DNA of 64,000 nt from an uncultured delta proteobacterium (GTDB lineage Bacteria > Myxococcota_A > Polyangia > Polyangiales > Polyangiaceae). Both the position numbers and the translations under genes were made by a program. Positions 31,499-38,837 of this stretch are shown piece after piece. The notes under the pieces are model-generated. The model was not told the DNA's origin. It searched no databases and saw only the letters and a list, made by a program, of their open reading frames with translations. The stretch covers positions 1,472,001 through 1,536,000 of the forward strand of contig CAWJCS010000006.1 in the NCBI GenBank assembly GCA_963841435.1, read 5' to 3'. Within the stretch, counting starts at the first letter, position 1. Every line of letters begins with the position of its first letter.

Positions 31499-32980
31499 AT
31501 GCGCCCCCTGACTCGACTCGCGCTCTTCTCGGCGGTCGGGGCCGTCGTCGCCTTTGCGCCTGCGCTCCGCTTCGGTTTCGTCTACGACGACGCGTGGACC
31601 GTCGTCAACAACGCTTGGCTCGATCATCCGCTTTCCGAGCTCGTGCGGCTGCTGGCAAGCGGTGAGGCGCTCAAGCACCACGTGCCAGATGCGACGCGGC
31701 CGGCCATGGTGCTGTCGCTGTGGCTCGATCGGCGGTTGTTCGGGCTGTCGGCGTTCGGACATCACCTAAGCTCGCTGCTTTTGTACGGAGTCGCCGCCTT
31801 TCTCGCGACTGAGCTCGCCTTCCGGCTGAGCGCCCGCAGCGCCGTCGCGGCCGTGGCCGGTGCGTTCTTCGCGCTCGCACCGCTGCATGCCGAGCCCGTC
31901 GCCGCCATCAACTACCGCGAGGACCTGCTGTCGGCGGTGGGGGTGCTCGCCGCGTGGCTCCTGCTCGTCGAGCCGCGAGGCGGGGAGCGCCCGGCGCGGA
32001 CGCTCGGTGCGGCGGCGGCATTCGCGCTGGCGCTTTTCGCCAAGGAGAGCTCGGTGGTGCTGGTGCCGCTCGTCGGGGTGACGTGGCTCCTTTTGCCTCG
32101 TCTACGTGGTGCGATAGGTCGCCGTAAGAAGACGCTCTTCGCGCTCGGTGTGGCGGGGGTCGGCTGGGCGCTGTGGCGCGTGCCGCTTTTTGCTCTCGGT
32201 GACGACATTCCCGTCGCGCCGGCGCGCGGCGCCGTCCAGCTGATCCTCAGAGCGTGCCGCTACGAGGTCGAGGCCGTCCGACACGCCGTTCTGCCCTTTT
32301 CGTTCTCGCCCGACCGCTTCCTCTTGCCGGACGCGAGCCCCCTCGTGGTCGTCCCGCTCGCCGCCATTCTGGTCGCTGTGTGGACGATGCGGTCGGCCCG
32401 GGGTGGGAAAACGGCGGCCCTCGCCGGCGCCATCGCGCTCACGGCGCCGCTCGGCACGTCTCCCCTCGTCGGTCCGTTCAACGAGATTGCGGACCGCTAC
32501 TTCTTCCTGGGTATCCTCGGCGGCGGCCTGTTCTGGGGGTTTTTGCTCGACGAGGCCACGCGTCTGAGGAGCCTGCCGGTGCCGCGCGCGGCGCTCGCCC
32601 TCGCCTGCCTGCCGATGGTCGTTTCGACCTGGCAGGCGACGCGCATCTGGCGTGACGACCGGACATTGTGGACCGCAGCCGTGGAGCTCTCGCCGCGCTC
32701 GCCCCGCGCGCTGACAGCCATAGCGCGCGTCGAACGGCTCGACGGGCACCACGGCGCTGCCGCCGAAGCGATCGAGAGAGCGCTCGCCCTCGACCCTCGC
32801 TACGCACCGGCGCTCGTGACCCGCATCTACGGCGACCTCGCCGCCGGCCGCGTCGAGGAAGCGCGGCGCCACCTCGCCGAGCTGCCCGCGCTCGGCATGT
32901 CGAACGTGCGTGGCCTCCTTCGAGCACGACGCTGTGCCGCTCTCGAGCGCGACGCCGCACGCGCTTGCATCGCGAAGTAG
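31499..32980 (+). CDS. TMTC-like protein O-mannosyltransferase homologue (GT-C plus TPR)
   Basis: FVYDD...N, RP, GHH, PLHAEPVA...RED, AKE, ADRY, WRDDRTLW followed by TPR repeats. Confidence 0.78.
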   Translation: MRPLTRLALFSAVGAVVAFAPALRFGFVYDDAWTVVNNAWLDHPLSELVRLLASGEALKHHVPDATRPAMVLSLWLDRRLFGLSAFGHHLSSLLLYGVAAFLATELAFRLSARSAVAAVAGAFFALAPLHAEPVAAINYREDLLSAVGVLAAWLLLVEPRGGERPARTLGAAAAFALALFAKESSVVLVPLVGVTWLLLPRLRGAIGRRKKTLFALGVAGVGWALWRVPLFALGDDIPVAPARGAVQLILRACRYEVEAVRHAVLPFSFSPDRFLLPDASPLVVVPLAAILVAVWTMRSARGGKTAALAGAIALTAPLGTSPLVGPFNEIADRYFFLGILGGGLFWGFLLDEATRLRSLPVPRAALALACLPMVVSTWQATRIWRDDRTLWTAAVELSPRSPRALTAIARVERLDGHHGAAAEAIERALALDPRYAPALVTRIYGDLAAGRVEEARRHLAELPALGMSNVRGLLRARRCAALERDAARACIAK

Positions 32981-33026
32981 CGTTGCACCCCCGCCGAGCG
33001 CGACGCCCCGCCAAGCGCGACGGCGC

Positions 33027-33794
33027 TCAGAGCACGTACTGGTCGCCGATGGCGGTGACGGTGAGGTTCACGCCCTTGAGCTTCGCGACCTCCTGCTCCA
33101 CCTCGGCCTGGAAGACGGGCTTGATGTGGTAGAGGAGCGCCGGCAGGTCCTTCGGGCGCGCGTATTTCTTGAGATCCTTCAGCAGTGTACGCGGCGTGTG
33201 ATGGCCGCTCACCGTGGCAAGGCGCTGTTCCCGGTTGGGAAAGCTCACTTCGAGTAGGAGGGCCTTGAGGTTCTTTTCCTTGTTCAGGAGCTCCCAGAGA
33301 CGGTCGGTCGGCCCGGTGTCGCCGCTGTAGGCGATCGTCGCGTCAGGGCCCTCGATGATGAATCCGGCCGACTCGATGGTGTGGTTCACGAGCACGGGCC
33401 GCACGGTGTACTCGCCGAGCACGACCTTGCGCTCGGGCTTTAGCTCCAAGAACTTGAGCGTGGGGCGCGCCTTGTTGGGGATCTCGGTGAAGTCGGGCCA
33501 CAGCAGGTTATTGAAGAAGTGTTTCTTCAGCACCCTGAGCGTCGCACCCGTGCCCGCGACGATGAGCGGCTCGCAATCCGCCTGGCAGCGATTGTCGGCG
33601 ATCGTCGCGAGGTCGCGGATGTGGTCGAGGTGGGCATGGCTCACCAAGCAGGCGTTGAGACGGAATTGCGCACCGAGATCGAGTCCGCTCGTGAGCGACC
33701 CCGCATCGATGGCGAGGTGCTCGTTCACGACGAAAGCGCTCGTGCGGTGCGTCGGGGTTTCCCCGCCGTGGCAACCTATGACCCGGAGCTCCAT
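33027..33794 (-). CDS. MBL-fold 3',5'-cyclic nucleotide phosphodiesterase (class II-like)
   Basis: IDAG, SHAHLDH, FNNLLWPDF, VNH, YSGDTGPT, EVSFPN, HHTP, YHIKP. Confidence 0.85.
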   Translation of the reverse strand: MELRVIGCHGGETPTHRTSAFVVNEHLAIDAGSLTSGLDLGAQFRLNACLVSHAHLDHIRDLATIADNRCQADCEPLIVAGTGATLRVLKKHFFNNLLWPDFTEIPNKARPTLKFLELKPERKVVLGEYTVRPVLVNHTIESAGFIIEGPDATIAYSGDTGPTDRLWELLNKEKNLKALLLEVSFPNREQRLATVSGHHTPRTLLKDLKKYARPKDLPALLYHIKPVFQAEVEQEVAKLKGVNLTVTAIGDQYVL

Positions 33795-33872
33795 CGGGCG
33801 GGCGGACAGTATCCCGGCTGGTCACCGCTGGTCAAAGCGGGCCTCCCCGGGCACCCTTCGCCCAAGGGGTAC

Positions 33873-33909
33873 TTGCTCGAGCCGCCGATTGGCGCTAAAA
33901 GCCGCCCCC
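33873..33909 (+). promoter_or_regulatory. Putative sigma70 promoter with GC-rich discriminator for the tRNA pair
   Basis: TTGCTC-17 nt-TAAAAG followed by CCGCCCCC. Confidence 0.5.
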
Positions 33910-33953
33910 TGTTCGGGTCATCCCGAACTGTTTCGCCAACCCCTGGATAGTCT

Positions 33954-34024
33954 TGGGGGATCGTCTAACGGCAGGACGCAAGATTCTGGCTCTTGCTATC
34001 TAGGTTCGAATCCTAGTCCCCCAG
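33954..34024 (+). tRNA. tRNA-Gln (anticodon CTG)
   Basis: Acceptor TGGGGGA/TCCCCCA, anticodon arm CAAGA-TTCTGGC-TCTTG, T arm CTAGG-TTCGAAT-CCTAG; CCA not encoded. Confidence 0.95.
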
Positions 34025-34046
34025 CCCCGCACCGTTTTCTCTGTCA

Positions 34047-34118
34047 GGCCCCATCGTCTAGCGGTTAGGACATCGGCCTCTCACGCCGGTAACGCGAGTT
34101 CGATTCTCGCTGGGGTCA
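34047..34118 (+). tRNA. tRNA-Glu (anticodon CTC)
   Basis: Acceptor GGCCCCA/TGGGGTC, anticodon arm TCGGC-CTCTCAC-GCCGG, T arm GCGAG-TTCGATT-CTCGC; CCA not encoded. Confidence 0.95.
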
Positions 34119-34123
34119 CTAGC

Positions 34124-34159
34124 CCGGAAAGCCCGCGAAGGGTCGCGCGGGCTTTCCGG
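34124..34159. terminator. Hairpin between the convergent tRNA pair and histone gene, likely terminator
   Basis: Perfect 14-bp stem CCGGAAAGCCCGCG / CGCGGGCTTTCCGG with an 8-nt loop; no clear U-tract. Confidence 0.7.
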
Positions 34160-34175
34160 ACCGGTTCCGGCCTGC

Positions 34176-34418
34176 TCAGACGCCGTCGGCTGCCGGCGGG
34201 GGCTCGCTCTTGAGGTCGCGCTCGAGCACGGTCTTGCGGCCGTCGGACTTCGCGCTCTCGATCGCCTGATCGCAGAGACGCCGAACGTGCTCGGACAACA
34301 CCGGCACGACGCCGTCGGACGTGTTCATGCCGGACTTGGCACGGATGTAGGCCTTCACCTTCGAGATGACGATCAGGACGGCTTCGGCTTCGGCTTGTTT
34401 CGTTGCTTCGTCGCTCAC
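34176..34418 (-). CDS. Bacterial histone-fold protein (Bd0055/HBb type)
   Basis: GGAGGAG RBS then GTG; VLIVISKVKAYIRAKSGMNTS...VLSEHVRRLCDQAIESAKSDGRKTVLERD with the RKTV-x2-RD histone signature. Confidence 0.88.
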   Translation of the reverse strand: MSDEATKQAEAEAVLIVISKVKAYIRAKSGMNTSDGVVPVLSEHVRRLCDQAIESAKSDGRKTVLERDLKSEPPPAADGV

Positions 34419-34466
34419 GGTTATCTCCTCCAAAGGCGAGACGATGGACCAGGATGAGGCGTCGCG

Positions 34467-35292
34467 CTACTCCTCTCGCAGCTGCCACGGCCGGCCGGCC
34501 GTGCCCGAGCGCTGGCGCGCGAGCCAATCGAGCACCGCGTCCGCCCACGCTTCACGGCCCTCATCGCTCGGGTGGATCTTATCGCTCTTTCTGGCGAGAT
34601 CTTGCACGATTTTGTCGGAATCGAGGTAGCGGCAGGGCGCCACATTGCGCTCGATCACGTCGAGCACGCCGCTATCTTTCTTCCAGCGCGGGGGCGAGAT
34701 CCACACGCAAGGGCGACCTTCCAGCCGTTCGACCAGTCGTTGGACGGAGTGGGCGCGCTGCTCGGGATTCGTGAGGTCGAACTCGTTCGCGCCGAGCGTG
34801 ATCAGCACGAGATCGGGGGAATACTTCGCCACGTAATCCGAGAGCTCCCTGCCCGATGCCCAGGTGGGGATGTAGCTCGAACGTCTGGTACTCGAGCACG
34901 CTGCGGAGGCCGCGGTCCTTGAAGCGTTTGCCGAGTGGCACGCCGAGCGCGCCCGCGAAGGAGTCGCCCACGTGCAGCACCAGCGTGCCCTTCGGCAGCT
35001 CGGGCGGCGGAGCGGGTGGGCGCGGGCGAGCGCGTCGCGCGCCGTTGCCGGGTCCTGCCACGGGCCCGTGAGCTGCCGGCGCGGGATCGGGCGCGGGCGC
35101 CGCTGCGGGGGGCGGGCTCGTCGTCACGGTGACGGAGGCCGGCGGGGCGGCGAGCGGCGCGGCGCGCTCACGCGCAGGCTCGCCGGCGGTCGGCGTCGCC
35201 GCGGGAAGCGAGCCCGCGCTGCACGCGCCGAGCAAAAGACTCACGGACAGCAGGTGCTGTTCCAGCCGACTCCAACGTCTCGGTTTTTGCAT
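34467..35292 (-). CDS. SGNH/GDSL hydrolase-family lipoprotein; frameshifted
   Basis: Lipobox LGAC, Pro-rich linker, HVGDSF, TLGANE, DKIHP; joins ORFs 34672-35292 and 34467-34832. Confidence 0.75.
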
Positions 35293-38200
35293 CCGACTCG
35301 ACCGCTCACGAGGTTCCGCGCCTTGTGGCTCCCGCCCACGTAGCGGAAGGCATGCGGTCGGTCACGGGAATTTTTGCGGCAGTCCTCGTCGAACTCCGCG
35401 GAGCGCTCGCGGCGCACTTCGCGTGCCAGCGCCTCAACGTCTTCGATCACGGGCTCTTCCGGCACCTCGGTCCGGCAACCGTGGCCGGGGTCCTCGACGT
35501 AGCCCGGAGCGCAGCGGGGCTCCCCCGCACGGGCGCAGCGCACGCCGTTGAAGGGCTGATCGCCCGGGCACGCTCGGTCGTGAACGCCGTGGCGGCAGTG
35601 GCCGGCCGACTCCACGCCGAACGGGCACAGGCTCGTGTCCGGCGTCTTTGCGCAGCGAAATCCGAGGTGCGGGCCGCTGTCGCGCGGCGGCGCGCGGTCG
35701 CGCAGGCGCGTGTGCATCCACTTCTCGAAGCGTCGGCTGAAGCTTCCGCCCCGGTAGATCTTGGCAAAGCCGTCGCTCGGCGGCCACGGGTAGCGGCCGT
35801 ACCAGTCGGCCGTCCATTCCCAGACGTTGCCGCTCACGTCGTAGAGGCCAAACGGCCCGGGCGCGAAGCTTTTCACTTCGCACGTGCCCGGGTGGTTGTA
35901 GCAAGCGTGACCTTCGGGAGGGTCGTCGCCCCACGGGTACTTCAGATAGCGATCGCCGCCGCGCGCCGCGTACTCGAACTCGGCTTCGCTCGGTAGGCGC
36001 GCGCCCAGCGCCGTGCAGTACGCGTCGGCAAGCGCCCAGTCGATGCAATTCATCGGATGCAAGGCGCGCTCGGGTCTTCCGTAATTGCAGAGGATCTTTT
36101 GGGTGGGTGCGGCGGGCTGGCAGGCGCTGCGCGAAACGCAGGCCGCGTAGTCAGCGGCCGTGACCTCGGTACGATCGAGGCAGAACGGAGCGAGCTCCGT
36201 GAGGAAGCGCGGGCTCTCGTCGTCGGCGAAACCTTCCGACGGCTCGGCCCCGACCCAGAACTTTCCTCCGGGTAAGAGGGCCATGCCCTGAGGGCACTCG
36301 GGGGCCCGCTCTGCTTTCGGCCCAGGCTTGGGCGGCGGCGCTCCGGCGCTCGACGCCGCTTTTTCGGCACCGATCGGCGGCGTCGGTAGCGAGAACGTGC
36401 GGGCGACGAGGCGCGCGAGGCCGGCACGCCGCGCCGGGAGCGTGCCCTCGTCGGCGAGGGCCAAAGCGAGATCGTGCGTGGCGACGGTGCGGTCACCGAG
36501 CGCGCACGCGACGATGACGCGAAGGCGCAGCGTTTCGCGGCGTACGCTCGCGAGCGAGGGTTCGAGCGACAGCGCGCGGTCCAGGTAGGGCGCCGCCTCC
36601 GCGTAGCGCGCCGCGTTGAACAGGTTTCGCCCGATGAGGTACGGCGGCACGTCCGCCTTGGGATCGGCGTCAGCCCAGGCCTGGATGAGCGGTGCCGCGA
36701 CGTCCCAGGAAGGCCCCCGCTCGGTGTCGCCGATCAGGAGCGCGACGACGGCGCCCTCCCCCTCGCCTCCCGCGGCGGCGGCCTTCACGTCGAGGGTGCG
36801 CGCCCGATCCTCGTCGAACACGAGCGCGAGCGCGGTCGCATAGTGCCTTTTTGCCGCGTCGGCGTGGCCACGGCCGAGCTCGATGTCGCCGCTCGTCTCG
36901 AGCGCACGGATCACGCCGGGGCGCGGGACCTCGGCGCTCTTGGCGAGCTCGGCATACCCCGAAAGTGCGCCATCGAGCTCCCCCTTCCGGAGCGCGCAGG
37001 CCGCGAGCCCGAAGCGAGCGTCGACGTTGCCGGGATCGAGCGACAAGGCCTCGTGAAATGCCTGGCTGGCGCCGCTGGGATCGCCGCTGCCGAGCCGCTC
37101 GTTCGCCTGCTGAAGCACGCGATCCACGATGCGCGGGCAGGTGCGCTCGAACAGCGTGGGCCGCTCGAAGCGAGCCTTGGCGACGGCGAGCGCGCGCTCG
37201 GGGATCGTCCGTGACCCCAGCGCCGCGCGAAAGTCGCGCTCGAGGTCGGCGAGGCTCTTACCGTGCGCCACGCGCTCGAGCGGCTCGCCGCCGTACCACG
37301 CGCGCAGCGCAGCAGCGCCGTACCGTTGCCTCACGAAGTCGACGAAGGCGCCGGCGACGGTGTAGGCCTTGGAAGCGCTCTCCGCGAGAAAATCGAGCCG
37401 CAAAAGGCTCGCGAGCGGCGGCAAAACACCGAGCTTTTGCATGGCGGCCGCCCAGTCCTCTTTCGAGAGCTCGTCGTCGTCGTCCGGGGCCGCCGCCACG
37501 GCGAAGCCTTCGATGCGACCCGGATCGGGAATGAAGCCGCCGAGCGGGCCGGCGACCCGAAACGGGCCCCGCGCGAACGTTCCGGCGACGACGTGCGCGA
37601 GCTCGTGCTGGATCACCGGGTGGGGATAGGGCGCCGCCTCGACGTACACTTCCTGTCGCCAGGGTTTCGCGATCTGCGTGTGGGAAGCGCCCATCAGGAA
37701 GCCCTTCTCGGCGGCGTTCGCGAACAGGTAGACGCGCACGTGCTCGGGACCGCGCGCGCCGAAGTACGCCTCCACGGGGGGCAGATCGCGGTCGCAGTCC
37801 TTCGCGAAGCGCTCGGCATCGATGCGGGCGATGGCCCGCGAGTGCACCACGTCGCAGCGGCGGCCCACGACGTGCCCGCCGAGGGCCGCTTCGATCGACC
37901 CGGCGCTGCTCCAATGTCCGAAGCGCGGTCCCGCGAGGCAGTGGGCGGCGCTCGCCAGGGCCGCGAGGAGCGCGAGAGCGCTAGTGCCCGGGCGGTCGAA
38001 AAGCGCGCGGCGGCCGCGGCCGGCGAGGGCGAGCTCGAGCACCGGTGCGGCCAAACCGAGCGCGGTGAGCGTCGCGAGCGTCCCGAGCCGGTAGGTCGAG
38101 AGCCGGTCCACGACGTTGACGATGGTGTCGTAGAGCGGCCCGGCGAATACGCCGAAGAACGGGTCGAAGCCGAAGACCATGGGGCTCGTCATGAAGCGCC

Positions 38201-38684
38201 AGAGGCTCACGGCGATGCCGAGGAGCGGCCCCGCAATCGCGAGCAGCACCGCCACGAGTCGGGGCCGCGGGGGCGCCCACCGGGCCACGACGAGGCCGCC
38301 GAGCGCCCCGCAGGCGCCTCCCAGCATCGCCCCCGGGGCCGGGCCGAGCGCGTAGATGACGACCCCCTCGCTCGGGTCGCAGAAGCCCACCCGGAGGCCA
38401 TGCAAGAGCACGATGAGCAGGCCGAGCAACGAGAGCCCGAGCCCCACGAGCACGCCGCGCGAAAGCGCGGCCGTCGGGCGAAGGCGCTCGCCGAGCACCT
38501 CGAGCGCCGTCACCACGCCCGCGGCCGGCGGCAGTACGAGCCCTGCCGCGAGCGCCGCCTCGTAGCCTGGTCCGCCGAACTGGGGCAGGAGCCCGACGCC
38601 CGCGAGCGTCGCCGCCGTCAACGCCGAACCAACCCGGCGGGCGCGGCCGCCCGCGACTAGCGCCCATGGAAAGGCCCTCGCCAT
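35241..38684 (-). CDS. Multidomain protein: TM region, HExxH metallopeptidase-like, TPR, FGE/SUMF1-like domain
   Basis: N-terminal TM helices; HELAH...EGFA; TPRs; CPQGM...DRTEVT...HPMNC...RLPSEAEFEYAARG...YPWG...GLYDVSGNVWEW...RGGS...GFRCA. Confidence 0.78.
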   Translation of the reverse strand: MARAFPWALVAGGRARRVGSALTAATLAGVGLLPQFGGPGYEAALAAGLVLPPAAGVVTALEVLGERLRPTAALSRGVLVGLGLSLLGLLIVLLHGLRVGFCDPSEGVVIYALGPAPGAMLGGACGALGGLVVARWAPPRPRLVAVLLAIAGPLLGIAVSLWRFMTSPMVFGFDPFFGVFAGPLYDTIVNVVDRLSTYRLGTLATLTALGLAAPVLELALAGRGRRALFDRPGTSALALLAALASAAHCLAGPRFGHWSSAGSIEAALGGHVVGRRCDVVHSRAIARIDAERFAKDCDRDLPPVEAYFGARGPEHVRVYLFANAAEKGFLMGASHTQIAKPWRQEVYVEAAPYPHPVIQHELAHVVAGTFARGPFRVAGPLGGFIPDPGRIEGFAVAAAPDDDDELSKEDWAAAMQKLGVLPPLASLLRLDFLAESASKAYTVAGAFVDFVRQRYGAAALRAWYGGEPLERVAHGKSLADLERDFRAALGSRTIPERALAVAKARFERPTLFERTCPRIVDRVLQQANERLGSGDPSGASQAFHEALSLDPGNVDARFGLAACALRKGELDGALSGYAELAKSAEVPRPGVIRALETSGDIELGRGHADAAKRHYATALALVFDEDRARTLDVKAAAAGGEGEGAVVALLIGDTERGPSWDVAAPLIQAWADADPKADVPPYLIGRNLFNAARYAEAAPYLDRALSLEPSLASVRRETLRLRVIVACALGDRTVATHDLALALADEGTLPARRAGLARLVARTFSLPTPPIGAEKAASSAGAPPPKPGPKAERAPECPQGMALLPGGKFWVGAEPSEGFADDESPRFLTELAPFCLDRTEVTAADYAACVSRSACQPAAPTQKILCNYGRPERALHPMNCIDWALADAYCTALGARLPSEAEFEYAARGGDRYLKYPWGDDPPEGHACYNHPGTCEVKSFAPGPFGLYDVSGNVWEWTADWYGRYPWPPSDGFAKIYRGGSFSRRFEKWMHTRLRDRAPPRDSGPHLGFRCAKTPDTSLCPFGVESAGHCRHGVHDRACPGDQPFNGVRCARAGEPRCAPGYVEDPGHGCRTEVPEEPVIEDVEALAREVRRERSAEFDEDCRKNSRDRPHAFRYVGGSHKARNLVSGRVGCKNRDVGVGWNSTCCP

Positions 38685-38837
38685 TCTCTCGCTCGTGACC
38701 CAATCAGGTCTGGCGGGGCGAAGCCCCTACCCGACACGACGTTTGAGTCTGGCAAGGGCAGAGCTCCCGTCGAGATCCGGCCCGTTCGGCCGACGACAGA
38801 CTGGACCTGTTCGTCACGGAAAATATCGGCTGATCGG

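Noticed and set aside
17800-34118. Glycosylation block as a tRNA- or dif-integrated mobile element
   Set aside because: No integrase or transposase, no duplicated tRNA 3' end and no second dif copy found
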